From assembly GCA_951406725.2 (NCBI GenBank), contig OX597818.1, forward strand, positions 30,318,001 to 30,382,000: a stretch of 64,000 nt of DNA, given 5' to 3'. Shown here one piece after another: positions 12,418-26,639 of the stretch; positions within the stretch are counted from its first letter, which is position 1; the number at the start of each line of letters is the position of its first letter. The notes under the pieces are model-generated. The model saw only the letters and a list, made by a program, of their open reading frames with translations, was not told where the DNA came from and made no database searches. Origin of the DNA: Octopus vulgaris (taxonomy: Eukaryota). Made by a program: the position numbers and the translations under genes.

Positions 12418-13750
12418 GGAATGACTGATTATCTTCTAGAATTGGTAAGATGGCATTTCACTACTAAATAAATATGAAATTACTACTTAGAGGAACTTAT
12501 GTATGTTTTGAGAAAACAATTATATCACTAAGATGGATTGTGGGTTACATATGAAGATTTGAAAAGAGATATCAAGGGCCTCTTGTCAGAGTGGTTCAAA
12601 TAATATGTGATATAAGATATATCCAGTTTCTTTCTTGAAAGATTAGTATAACTTAATTTGTAGTGAGTCATTATATCTCCCCAGCCCACAAAAAAAAAGT
12701 TTCATTCCAGTTTACAACTGAAATTTCATTTTGTCTGAATGATATCTGTGATGTAGAACTCAAATAATATACAAGTACCTTACTATACTAGCTCCTCATG
12801 TTTAAACCAAACAGGGTCCTTTAGATTGAAACTAAATTGGATCGTGTAAGTGAAAGTCATACTGAAAAGCAAAGGATAAAAAATAAAACAAACAAATTAT
12901 TTAACAAATTGTTGGAGTACTTATTTTCTCCACATTGATATCTTTTTTGTATAAAAACTAGAAATATCGCCATGAGGAACCATATAAAAGTATTTTCAGA
13001 TATATTTTTGTAATGGAGACCAGTTAGCCTGCAATAGAACATTATAACTGCCAATAACGTCTGCTATGTTGTTGATTTTATATGCCTTAAACAAATTATA
13101 AAGGAAATATTTATAAAATTTGCACAGATATAATTGCAATGGCTCTATGTTTTTAGTGCTTTATCCCCTGTAATGTGAAATTTAGCTATTTGCATACAAC
13201 TAAGTATAATAATTGTTTTATATTTCCAAGTTGTTATTTATGAAATTGAATGTAATATTTTTGTGAGTTAGAATAACATATATCAACATATATATATACA
13301 GGGCGCACAATTTGATAAAACTTTGAAATTTGAGCAATATGCTGACATTTTGAATATCACAGGGAATTCAAACAGAAAACTATATCTTTAAATATCCCCC
13401 ATTTTCAAGATATTTATTCATTGTCATGAAGGCTAACTGGTGTTCAGGAATACAGGATATTTTACCATATCTGAATAGTGTGGCTGGAAGATCATCTACA
13501 ACATTTGTGGGGATAAACTTTAAGATCACAATCTTATTCAACCCTTTGATTAAAGTGATATATTACTCAACTGAATTTAATGAATCTAGATCTATACTAT
13601 CTCTCTGGGAACACTCACACTTAAAATATCTAGCTTTAAGTACAGTGTTTCACCTTTGGTATTCATCTAATCAACAAATACAAATATATCACGATTTATT
13701 CCCTATCAGCTCACTAGTTGATAGTGACTTTTAAAGAAAAGTAATCTAAT
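12418..13750 (+). pseudogene. Putative decayed coding sequence of unknown origin
   Basis: GMTDYLLELVRWHFTTK*I*NYYLEELMYVLRKQLYH*DGLWVTYEDLKRDIKGLLSEWFK and, from ~12840, DRVSESHTEKQRIKNKTNKLFNKLLEYLFSPH*...; judged on composition only. Confidence 0.3.
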
Positions 13751-13871
13751 TAGGGTTCTTCTGTATTAACTTTGAAGTAAAATATAACTACCTTATTTTA
13801 AATTTTTATTTACTTATTAAAATAGTTGAAAATTGGATTTAGTTTAGTTCACTTGGAAGATGATGATGATG

Positions 13872-13907
<36 letters not shown>

Positions 13908-14995
13908 GTTAATTAACTTTCTTACTATAAACTACTTGAAATTGCTTTCATTTCTCCAGAAGGACTATCAATTGGTACCATTAGTTAGACTTATGTCATC
14001 TTTAGGTAAATATGTAAATATCTTCACTTGCCATTTAGACATTGCAAATAGTGAATGAGGAGTCAAAGGTTGAGCATTTCTCCTTGACATGTTATAAATT
14101 TTTTTCCCTTTTTGAGAAAATGATATTTTGATAATAAAATGAGTGAAAACAAAAGAAAGAGCAAACTTGAGTAAAAATGATAATGGTAATAATCATGATA
14201 ATTAATCATAATAATAATAATAATATAAAATGAAGAAAAGAAGAAAAAGAAGACAAAAGCAACAAACAGACAAAAAAACACTGGTAAACTTGTCAGTGGA
14301 GTTGAAAAATTGTTAAGAAATCTATAATTTTTGATAGACAAAGAAATATTTTTTAAATATGCGAACTAACCAATAAATTTGGCCTGCATCATTACTGTTA
14401 TTGGCTTTATTGTTGTCAGTTGGAAATATTTTTTCAAAAGAGTTTGCTGTTGGATTTGTTTTCTTACAAAGTCCTTTCTTTCTGTGTACAGTTATCTTTA
14501 TGTTTCCCTCTTTCTTTCTCTTCTTCTTCTTCTCTCTTCTTTCTCTATTTCTTTCTCTCTAAATAAAAATAAATCTCTCAATTGCAGTTGATTCCAATAC
14601 AATTTATATATTTTTTCTTGTACATGTCAAAGAACATATTGCAGAGAAGCAATAAGAATACAAAGGAAATTAAAAAAAAAAAAAAGAATTAAATATTTAA
14701 AAAATATTATATTTTGCTAGACAAAAAAATATTCTATTCCCTTTCCATTTGTCTGAATTTCTTTTTCTCCAGACCTAAAATTATTTACCCTTTATGGGGC
14801 AAAAAGTTCTTATTGTAACAATATTAAGATATATTTCATTAAAATAATTTGACAATTTTTTCCATTATTGATTTACCAAAGACCAAAGATAAAATGCTAT
14901 TTATCTCTCTCAGTTTCTCCCTCTCTCCCGTCTTTCTCTCTCTCTCTCTCACACACACATATTTATATACATACATACATACATACATACATACA

Positions 14996-15067
<72 letters not shown>

Positions 15068-15450
15068 TACACACACATACACACGCATATCTATCTAACT
15101 ATCTATTTATCTATCTATCTATCTTTAAATATATATATACACACTGAAATCTCTTCATGGAAAATAGTCATCTTCCTTGCTTTCATCTATTACAAAAATA
15201 AGATAATCCTTAATTCAACAAGTTCCAAATCTTTTAGTTTTTGACATTGTGTAATGATGTGTGTATTCTTACAAGATACAATCACTACTTGGATTTTATG
15301 TGTGCGTGTGTGTGTGTGTGTGTGTATGTGTGTGTGTTGGATAGGCTAATTTTCTTGGACTGCTTATTGCCATTTTATAAAGTAAGCTGGCTCACTAGTA
15401 TTTGGTCTGAGTCTGAGAAGCTACCAATATCAATATTTATTATTATGATG

Positions 15451-15635
15451 AAGGTGGCAAGCTAGCAGAATTGTTAGCATTCCAGATAAAATGCTTAGTA
15501 ACATCTCATCAGCCTTTACTTTCTGAGTTCAAATTCTGCTGTGAAATAAGTACTAGTTGACTACTGGGGTCAATTAATCAATCAACCAGCCCCTTCCCCT
15601 AAAAAATTTAAGGCCTTGTGCCTATAGCAGAAAGG

Positions 15636-15698
<63 letters not shown>
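15451..15698 (+). mobile_element. SINE family C (tRNA-like head, (ATT)n tail)
   Basis: AAGGTGGCAAGCTAGCAGAATTGTTAGCA head, B-box-like GAGTTCAAATT and (ATT)n tail; other copies at 32265, 37714 and 50128. Confidence 0.8.
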
Positions 15699-15701
<3 letters not shown>

Positions 15702-17405
15702 ATTTTTATCATTATTATTATTTTGTTATTGTTACTGTTGTTTTTTTCAAGAAACGAAAAGAAAATGAGAAAAAATGTAATGTTTTTCAATTAAATTTAT
15801 AAGCATGTTGTTTAGAAAATAATTTCTCTCAGATTATAACTGAAATGTTATAATTTTTTATGTTCTTCATTACTGTCTACAAGAATTTAATTCTGTGGGC
15901 TTCACTCATCTCATGAATTATCACAGAAAAAAAGTTAAGGATGCTTACCTTTTTTTCAATCCCTATGAAACAGTTGCTATATTTTTTTAAATCTCTTTTA
16001 TTTCCTTTCAGGGATTTTTTTCTTGATAATTTTATTTCAATTCTTTTCCAAAATTTAGTTTTAAAATATTTTATAAGTTTGAATTTTGTAACTCTTGTCC
16101 TTGTTTGGAAGCTTTCTTCTCTTTTTTTTTGTTTTGTATTAATAAATATTTCATTTTTTAAATATATTCTCTTCTTTTTTACCATACATAAGTTTTTTAA
16201 TAAATGCCACCTCTTAATATTTTTTTATATTATTTTTTTTATGATACTTAATTTAAGAAATTATTTAAAATTATCCAGTTATTAAAAAAAAATGATATCA
16301 AATTAAAAAGATTTTTGACTAAAAGATTTAATGTAAAAAATACTTTTCATTCTAAAATGTAAAGCTACCAAAAACCAAAACTAACAGAACTTTCCTGTTG
16401 TCTCCAACCAACCACCCAGCCCTCCCAAAAAAGGAAAGAAATTTTAAATGTTAATTTTATGACTGCAGGAAATGTATAAGAATTTTCAGATTATCTTGTC
16501 TTAGATCAAGAAGTTCTTTAGCCTTTGTTTTTTGGGGGATTTTTTTAAAGTCAAATAGATTTTTCTGATACAATAACTGTTCTAGTTACAACTGATGCTA
16601 CATTAATAAAAAAAATATATTTTATTGTTGTTCATGTTGTTACATCACTGTTGCATCATCAAAACCATGTAATTAAGAAGTAGAAACATAAGCGTAAGTT
16701 TTCAATGAGATACCCTGAAGTCTTTAGTCAAACAATGTCTTATTTTTGTATTTGTGTTTGTTTGATGAGTGGCTTGATCTTAAATTCTGTTTTGAAACTG
16801 AAGCAATTACATTGTGGAAGAGAAATTTTAAGAACTCACTAAAACTGTTGGGTTTACTTTTTGTTTGTTTCTTGAGATGTCAAATTTTGTGTCCCACATC
16901 TGCAACTTTGTCACTGACTTAAAGCCACTACAGCTGATGAAAATTATTCACTGGTAAGTTTCAATAGGCCTCACAGCTTTTCCTTTATAACCCACACCTT
17001 TTTTGTTGTTATAGTTGTTTAATCTTTGAACATATGGGCCTAATGAATATTTGTTGTTTAATATTAAGACATGGGTGGCCATTAGTCATTTTTTGGTTCA
17101 ATTTTTCTGCAAAAGTTTTGGTTCAGTTTGTCCACAAATTTATGTTTTATTTCAGCCATTCTTTCTTTTACTTTCTTCCTTTCTTTTCTCTTGATTGTTT
17201 TGAATATATGAAAATGTTGTTGGCTATGTATATAAAAAGTATGTTTGAAATATCTTGTTCTATAGAACAAGACTTTTGAATTTAGATTCTAGCTTAGTTG
17301 ATATATATAACTGTGTGTCAAAAAATGTGGAGAGCAAATAATAATTTTAAAATAATATAATAGATAAATTATAATATTTTCTATAACTCTGTACACATGC
17401 ATACA

Positions 17406-17447
<42 letters not shown>

Positions 17448-18164
17448 GAGTGACACTGCCTATTGATGTTGAAACCATGAAAATATCTGATTAAACAGTT
17501 GAGGATAGGATGTTCCCTCTTAATGTCTTTATTATGTCTTCATTCTGTTGTTATCTCTGTAAATTTTTAGATAGTTTTACTTTTAATTGTAGTAATTTTT
17601 TATGCAGGAGTTTGTTAAAATTTGATTAAATAAATAGCAGTAATGGTTACTAGTTTTTTTATGTACAGGTAATTGAATTTAGGACTTTATGAGGTTTAGA
17701 AGAAGTGAGGCACACACACACACATGCACACCTACACATATGTATACACATATATACACAAATGCATATGTGTATAAAAACTGATCTGAGGTGGAGATGA
17801 TTTTCTTCTATATATTAGCTAATTCACTGTTGGGTGTGGCTTCTATAAATATTACACTATTAAGCTGATTGACATTGCACCATGTACTGAGTTGGGTTTT
17901 TTTTTACTGTTCTTGTAACTACTATTTTCCATCAGAGCTGGAATTGCTGGAGATGGTGCACATTTTTTCATGTTGTGGTGAGAGCAAATAAAACAAAAAA
18001 TGGCTACCTCTAATTTTGATATAGCACTGTACCCTTGGTAAAATGATGGCATTAACTTTATCATTAAAATAATTCCTTATGCTGCTGATCACCAGTTGGA
18101 TGAAGAAAACACTGTGTACTAGACGATGTATAACAATTCTATCCATGATAGTACAAAAGTCACT

Positions 18165-18588
18165 ACTTACTTACTTGTACTTGTGGCAATATTCACCTTG
18201 GGCAGGTTGAGTCGGCTTCTTCCACCACCCTCGAGGCATCTCGAACCATGGCGGTAGAAGAAGTTTCGTGGGAATATGAATTTCACAAGCGGTCCCCAAC
18301 AATCCCACATGTAGAGACATCCTGTTTGCCGCAGATTGTTCGCAGACGCAGGGACAGAATGACCGAGGAGCTGCTGGTTGCCAAAACAGACACTCCGAGA
18401 ATTTTCACCAGAGCCCCGTCTGCCGGGTTGTGGCCCTAATACCACTCGGTGTCAGACCAATCCGCCTTGGGTGGCCCTACCAGGTACCAAAGTTCCCGAT
18501 GGCATAGCTCTGACACTACCCGTTGCCAGTGTCCCCACCACAGTGAGGAGGGGATGGACTTTGGGGACGCCCCACTAGACACCCCAGT
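18165..18588 (-). mobile_element. GC/CpG-rich non-autonomous RTE (BovB-like) derivative: 5' UTR fused to 3' tail
   Basis: Minus strand has GAGCTATGCC...AGGGCCACCCAAGGCGGATTGGTC, resembling the RTE-BovB 5' UTR motif, and ends in CAAGTACAAGTAAGTAAGTA; no RT coding region. Confidence 0.65.
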
Positions 18589-18918
18589 AAAAGATTACCT
18601 ATAATGGACAGCATGCTATGGATAGAGAATAAAATTCTTAATGGGACAACCAAGCCATGCATATTCCACATATATTGTAAATTATCCATGACAGACTCAC
18701 TTATAACTTGAAACGATTCTGATATGTTGGAAACTGCTAAACTGATCATACTAATGGCATATTTCAGAAGACTAATGAGAAACCTTTCACAAATGTGCTA
18801 ATCTGAAGAATAATAAGACTACCTTCAGTATTATATTTACCAAAATGTAGTTATCTGGTTACACTGTGGTTTGAAATCATTTCAAAAACTGATTCAAATG
18901 AATATATATATATATATC

Positions 18919-19008
<90 letters not shown>

Positions 19009-20007
19009 CACCTCTACCACCCATATCCTGCTGCTCCTCCTTCTGTTCTTCTGCATCATGATGTTCAAGTACGAAGGAGAGGAATTGCCATTTTGTCACC
19101 TTCTCTCACTCTCACCAATCTTCTGTCACCACACTATTTTCTATTCACCTTCTTGAACATTAGAGTTTAAGAGTATGATACCTCCTCCTCATCTTCCATT
19201 ACTGTCTCCTCTACCACTTCTCACAACAGTAAATCTTAATGAATCTGTATCACCCATAATGCTGTAACTTCTCTCAACTCTTTTGCTTTGTGATTTACAA
19301 AGTGGCCTCTCTAGTTTTTGAGGCACAAATAAAGTACCTAGTACACTATAAAGTGTTGGCAAATCAAGCAAAAGAATCACAGGGTTGAGAGGACCCTTTT
19401 GCCTTGCTATAGTGATGGTGCCACAAAAAAATGTACCTAGTGCTATCTATAAAGTGGTCGGTGTTAGGAAAGATGTCCAGACATAGATACCAAGCCAGAA
19501 CTGAGGCATTAGAGCAAGATCAGGTCTTCTGATCCATTGGATCCTCTCAAAGCATCCAACCCATGTCAGAGAAGAAATGGGATGCAAAATGCTACTGCTG
19601 ATAATGATGATGATGTGATGATATGCACACACACAGAGTCACACACACACACACACACACACATACCTTTACACCATAACAAGTTTTGGAACAGAGTAGT
19701 TAGAAATACAATAAAATGAGGAATGAAATAAATTTGATAGTGTAATGTTTGTAGATGCCACACTCCATTGCAAATTAGGTAACAAGTTTAAGAACAACCT
19801 CCATTACATTAATCTTATATTGGGAAAGTATCTTCTACTATATCTCCAAGCTGATGAAAGATCTGTGAGTAGATTTAGTTGACAGAAGCCTATTTTGTGT
19901 GTGTGTGTGTGAGACCTCACCACCACTTAATAACAGGTGCTGGTTTGCTTATGTCTCCTGTAACTTAGTAGTTCAGCAAAAGGAGACTGTCTTTATATAT
20001 ATAGATA

Positions 20008-20079
<72 letters not shown>

Positions 20080-20102
20080 GTATATATATGTGTGTGTGTA
20101 TA

Positions 20103-21800
20103 GCATGGAAGGACCTCTACATAAAATATCTTGGCTACTTTCCAACATCCTGAAACCCATACTCTCCACCTTTCCTGGACACATCAAGAACTCTGATGAA
20201 GTCATCAAAAGACTGTGCCAACTGCCCCCAGACCAACACAGACAAAACAGATATGCCTTTAGTCTTGATGTTGTCTCCATGTACACAACAGTACCAGCAC
20301 ACTTGGTGGTGAACTTATTGACTGACTGCATAGTAGTGTCCAACATCCACTACTTCAGACTTACTGCAGCTGATATACATCAACTTTTCTCCATCATCGT
20401 GGACAACGCCTATTTCTCTTTCCATGACCACATATACAAACAGACAAAAGGTCTCCCTATGGGATCCAGTCTCTTGGGCCTACTAGCCATCACCTATATG
20501 AACCATCTGGAATGTTGAGCACTCAACATCTGCCAACCATGTGCCTTCTACACCAGGTACATAGATGACATCCTCAAACTTACATCCTCTCATGAAGAGG
20601 CTGACAGAATATTCACAACATTGAACAACATGGACATGAACATACAGTTCACTATAGAACATCCTGACAACACTGGATCACTACTGCTACTTGACTTCCA
20701 ACTGAAAATAACGGAAGAAGGAGAGATGCACACTGAGTTCTACAAGAAAGCAGCCAGTAGAGATATGTTTGTCCAGTACAGTTCAGCACTTCCACTTGGT
20801 GCCAAAATAGGATATACCAGAAATGAACTTGCACACATCCACAGCAAGTGCAGCAGGACAGAGGACAAGCTGACCCACACTACACACTTCCTAGAGATAT
20901 TGAAAACCAACGGGTACCTTATATCCATTGCAAATTGGCTTAAGTACACAAGATTACCAACACAGAAAACCCAACAACACATGCTTCCTTAAAATACCCT
21001 ATTTTAGCGAGAGGGTAACTACAGCCATCCGAAGAGCCATAAGAAGAGAAAGACTAGACATACAACTAGCCCACTCCGGCCCCTCTCTGAGAAGACACCT
21101 TGCAAAGAAATGAGCAAAGGACAGCAATCAATGCATACCAGCAAACTGACCAATCTGTGACACAGACTTATGCTAATGAGTAAATGTCATGTATAGAATA
21201 CAATGTAACAAATGCAACAAGTTCTATTTGGGTAGCACAACAAGACCGTTACACATTCGCATCAAAGAACATCTGAACACGAGAGCCTCCTCCTTCAGAA
21301 AACAACTAGACAGATGCCAAAACACTGACAAAAGCATAACAGTCACAACTGAGGTCAATGAAAGAAATTTGGGTAATCTAAGAATTAAGGAAGCTATCCT
21401 CAGAGACAGACTTGGCCCCCAAATTAACAACAGGCTAGAGGTTGGCAGTCAATATATTATTTAGCTCCATCTGGATGCATGTAGGTTCACTTTTAATAAC
21501 ATGCTCATGTATGATGTATATAAAAAAAGAAAAAGAAAGAAGGAGAAAAAAGGAAACTGCATGTATAATACATAACTTAGAAGCAGTGCTACAGATGTGC
21601 CAGCACACACGAGCTTGAGACATGGCTGCCCTCATGCACTTCTCATGAGAAATTCTGGAAGGAGCTTCGTAAGACCACTGCAGAGATGCTTCTGGAAAAA
21701 AAAACCTTGGAAAACTGATTATAGCAGTAACTTGATCAATTTCTAGCAATATCTAAAGAAGGAATTTTTATATTCCGATGTATTATATCAGACTATGGAT
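20103..21800 (+). mobile_element. Penelope-like retroelement, 5'-truncated and degenerate (RT + GIY-YIG endonuclease)
   Basis: RT motifs FSLDVVSMYT, YKQTKGLPMGS, YTRYIDD, IQFTIEH. GIY-YIG motifs MYRIQCNKCNKFYLGSTTRPLHIRIKEH and IKEAIL..LGPQINNR. Contains stops and frameshifts and abuts (TA)n. Confidence 0.93.
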
Positions 21801-21945
21801 GATTAAATTATAACAATTATTATAGTCCATTGTTGTTATTATAGTGCATTGTTGTGCCATTCAAGACACATTATATTTTACAAACAATACATAATACTTC
21901 AAGCATACTACAATACTCTCATATATATATGTGCATGTGTGTGTA

Positions 21946-21993
<48 letters not shown>

Positions 21994-23622
21994 AATAATA
22001 TTAGGGAGTATAACTCCAAACTTACAGGGGAAAATTCAATTTAGTATTAAATCAAATTTCACAATATGAATATATGATATATATAAATTAGAGAAAAACC
22101 ACTATTATGCGATTCAAACAATGATAGACATAAACCAAATCACCAAATCATAAATAAAAAATAAAATATATTTTAAAACATATAACTAGATCACAAAAAG
22201 TACAAAAATGAATAACCAATATATAATAAGTAAAAAGACTACGTACATTTCATGGCTATAATTTAAATTCAAATTACAATTAAATTTAAATTTAATCGAA
22301 AAACAATTCAATTTAAAATTATAGTCACTCCTCAGTTCAACAATAATAACAATAATAGTTAAATAAATAAGCAAAAAGAATTAAACAATATTTCTTAAAG
22401 AAATAAAATCATGATTGTTCTTCTAGAAGAAATTCCATTAACTAAATTTGAAACTTAAAACATTAGGACCAGGTGCCTATAATACATTTATCATGTTAAA
22501 TATTTAAGGTAAAAAATAGCACAACAGTACACATTATTGACTTATAAAATGTTTAATATACTTTGTAATGTATTATGGTCACATAACAAAATACAGTGTC
22601 CCTATAAATTATCAATATATACAGATACATATGTGATTTTATGTTATTTATAAATTATTATTTGTTAATCCAACACTTTTACCATACAGGTAAATACATC
22701 AACTTAGTAAGAATATATAAATTTAGTAAACTTGTATTAGCAGCAGATATTTTCACTATACTTTATATGTACACATAGCCAACAACACTCAAAAAGGAAA
22801 CCCTCATCACAAGAAGGAGAAAGGAAAATGTAAGGATGGATGACTGATTGTAATAAAACATCTTAATTTATAGACAGAACTGAATCTGAAAGTGAGAAAA
22901 AAAAAGTTCATGTCAAAAGCTCAAACAGGCTCAACAAAGAGAGACCTATCAATACTTACCAGTATATTATTTTAAATAGTTGTAGTGGAATTTGTTAGTG
23001 ATCATGTAGTAGAGGTAGGGCAACAATTTTAACACCTCAATAAATAAATAAAAATTGAATATAACAGTTGTTGCATGTTCTAAAAAGGCTCTTCCACTAT
23101 CTTATTTATGATTTTGTAAAGAGTTGGATTAATTACCATTTTCATCAGTTTTGAATTATTATGATTGTATATGTTTTTTTTTTTTAATGTCAATTCAAAA
23201 GAAGATTGAAAAATTTCCAAATGTTTGCTATCTGAAAAAATATGTATTCAGTTATAAAGTAGTCTTTAGTGAAGTGGTTTGCTTCCTAATAATTCCTGTA
23301 ATTTAAACCATTGAAGAATATTCAGTGCCACTTTAATTAATTGGGCCCCAGTACTTCCTATTAGTAGTAAAAATTGTTATTTTTCAGAAAAGTGATTGGT
23401 GTGGTACTAGGAGGTATAGAAAAACAATAAAATTTTAAACAGTTAATTTACAATTTATCAATCAACATTGATTTAGGCACTTTTAATTCAATTAATTAAA
23501 CAAAATTATGGATTTTTTTCAAGAGATAACAACTTTTCAAAATCTAATAGTCATTTCACATCAGTTTTTGAGACTACTTTAAATATTTACTTTAGTGTAA
23601 ATTAATCAACTTAAAAAATATA

Positions 23623-24540
23623 CAAGGGCAAGCCAAAAAGTAATGCAATTTGTTTTATTATATAAAAAGCAAGGAACACAAATATATCACACATCAAAAT
23701 ATAGCTATACATCACTAGTTCACGTCTCTACTTCTCAATATAGTTACCACTTCTTTCAATGGCAGTATTCCACCTATGAACGAGGGCATGTATTGCAGCT
23801 TTATAATATTCAGCTGGCTGCTGACATAGCCAATTCCTTACAGCAGTTTTCACTTCTACATTTCATCAATTGTCTTTTTGATTCTGGATCATAATGATGA
23901 ATCCAAGTTTCATTACCAGTTATGAGCCTTTGAAAGGTTTTGTCTCTTTCACTGAGTTCAAGAAATTCAGGGCAACAGTTAACCCTTTCAATTCTGTGCT
24001 CATTTGTCAATTGTTTTGGTACCCAGCAGGCACACACTTTTGAATATCCAAGTGACTCGATAATGTTGTGAGTACTATTATGGCTAACTCCAAGCTTTGA
24101 GGCCAGCTCATCAATGGTTATGTGCCTATTAGTTCTAATTAAAGCATCTGCATTTTCTTTGTTGGCAGGGTTGACAGAAGTTGACATACAGCCACAAGAC
24201 ATATCTGCTAAGCATGAATTTCCCAATTCTTTTGGTTTGTTGAATTCTCATTCAGATGGTGAGCCCATCTCCACATATTGCTGTAGTCTAAAGCTGTATG
24301 TTTTTAAACATTTTTGGCATCAAAGGACTCAATAACCGCTCTTTCTTTCTGACAGACTTCCAGCAGGGCAGCCATTCTGATATCAGCTTATTTATTTATA
24401 CATCTGGAAAAAAGAAACAAAATTAGATAATTAAATATCAAGAGTATATGTGCCTTTATAGCTGTACCAAATATCAAATAAATGCATTGAAAAATGCACC
24501 TCTTACAATAAAAATTGCATTACTTTTTGACTCACCATTG
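23623..24540 (-). mobile_element. mariner transposon, internally deleted
   Basis: Matching TIRs (CAAGGGCAAGCCAAAAAGTAATGCAATTT / CAATGGTGAGTCAAAAAGTAATGCAATTT) flanked by TA. Transposase shows HTH, WVPKQLT and ITGNETWIHHYDPE joined directly to the C-terminal VRNWL...RWNTAIERSGNYIEK*. Confidence 0.92.
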
Positions 24541-25712
24541 TATCTTTATTCTGTAATTCCAACCTTCCAAAACTGATTGTAATTTAGCAATAGTCTTAAA
24601 TAATATAATATGTAATTAATTTCACTAAGAATTTATTTATTTAACATAACAGATTATCTTGATCCCAGTGTTGCTAAATTTCTGAGACCCTGAATAGTCA
24701 ATAAATTTAGTATTTTACTATTCAATAAATTCTTGCTATAGGGAATGGATAAAATATATTGTAACTCAGTGATTTTCAGAGTGATCCTGCTTACTGTAAG
24801 TGTACCTCTTGGCACCTCACAATTCTCCAAACACTCTCTAAGGAATAACTTATTAACAAAAAAATTATAAACACTGATCTAACCAAGCTAATGAGAGTGC
24901 CTTTATGTAGTCACTTCATATAAATATTAGCCAGATCTACAAATTACACTTTGCCATCTTTAGGAAAGAAAGGACACATTAGATAGTGATACACATGAGA
25001 CATATCTCCCATTTTCCTAAGAAGATGGGATGGCCATGGTTAGAATACCCTTGTTCAGAGGTCTGTTTGATCAGGCTGACAGGGACAAAACAACAGCAAC
25101 AAATTAACATACTTGCTTAGAAGTATTTGTTTTCACATAAGGCATTAATGTGAGTGCCAGAAGTCTCATGACCCATTAGTTTGGTCTTCATATACTGTGT
25201 AACTTTCTCTCTCATGGTTGCATTGTGAATTCTTAACCACACAGCCTTATCTCTCTCTGTCCAGTAAGATAAGTAAAATTATTAAATAAGGCACAGACAT
25301 GGCTATGAACTTGATGAACTGATTTCTTGTATCAGTGGTTACAACACTTAATTTGCATATAAATATTCACAAAGTAAATAGTGGTAACCACCAAAATGTT
25401 ACTTATAAGGGTTTGATTTTCAATTCTCTGATATATTAACAGCTTATATACATATCACTTCTAAAGCCAGAATTAAGCACTGTTTTTATGACCTCCCATG
25501 TCATGTATGTGAGTATATAATTTCCTCTCCATCATATAAATCATATTTAAGTATGTGCACTTTTTACCTAGCTGATTATGTACCTGTAAGTGTGAAAGTG
25601 TATGATGTATGATTGTGTTTCTGTGTGCATAGAAATGCATATACATAAAAATTATGATCAATATGGTGAGAAAATTATCATATTGACATGCATGTGTGTG
25701 TGTGTGTGTGTA

Positions 25713-26100
25713 CATCATCATCATCGTTTAACATCTATCTTCCATGCATGCATGGGTAGGACGGTTGATAGGAACCAGCTAGGTAGAAAAACAACCCTAG
25801 GCTACTGTGTCTATTTTGACAGATTTTACATCTGGATGCCCTTCCTAACATCAACCACTCTGTTGAGTAGACTCAGTGCTTTTTACATGGCACTACCACA
25901 GGCGAGGTTAGTGTCAGCATGATTTTTACAGCTGGATGCTTTTAACATGGCACCAGTACTGGCAGGGTAACCAAGTAACTTGCAAGACAAGGAATTATGG
26001 GAGTGGCAGGGCATTTGAGAAGGGGAATTTGTGTCAGAGGATGAAAGGCTAGAGTCTGACAAAGAGACAGAGAGACAGAAGCAGGTGTCTCGCCACAACA
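25713..26100 (-). mobile_element. Repeat family B (RTE 3'-UTR-derived, (GAT)n tail)
   Basis: CATCATCGTTTAAC...CATGGG...GGATGCCCTTCCTAAC signature, on the same strand as and 3' of the adjacent RTE. Confidence 0.75.
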
Positions 26101-26639
26101 GGTGGGCATTAGAGGAGGTGATCCAGTATCAGATGATGAAAGGTTAGAGTGTAACAGAGAAATAGCAAGGCAGAAATAAGTGTCCTGCTATAGAGGAGGT
26201 ACGTGGTTATGCAGTGAGAGAGAGGTACAAGAAAGAGGCCAGAAACAAGTGTGCTGATGTAAAAGAGATACTTAGTTACCTAGTCAGAGGAAAAACAAGA
26301 GGAGAGAGAGAGAGTGACCAAAGGCAAGAGAGAGAGAGAGAGTAGGAAACAGCAAAAGTGGAAGAGAGGGCAGAAGAAAGATGCAGTGCTAGGGTAAACT
26401 CACAAGTAACAAGAATATGAGTGTGGAACCTGGGTAGAAAATAGGGTGTGGGTGTTGGGGATATGGGGAGCAATGATGCAGTGAACAGAACAGTGAGGGC
26501 AAGAAAGGAGATTGGAAAACAATCATAATTTATGAAGAGGAAATGTGAGGAAGAAAAAGATGCAGTTGGAAGAGGAGTTGTAGTTTGGTTTCTTAGGGTA
26601 GAGTAGGGGAAAAGTGTGTTGTTGTGGATGCAACACAAC

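Noticed and set aside
16877-16959. Possible small exon (AG...CTG|GTAAGT)
   Set aside because: Splice-like motifs only; no recognisable peptide or partner exons.
18167-18578. GC-rich ORFs as a host exon
   Set aside because: They lie within the RTE-derived element and show no protein motif.
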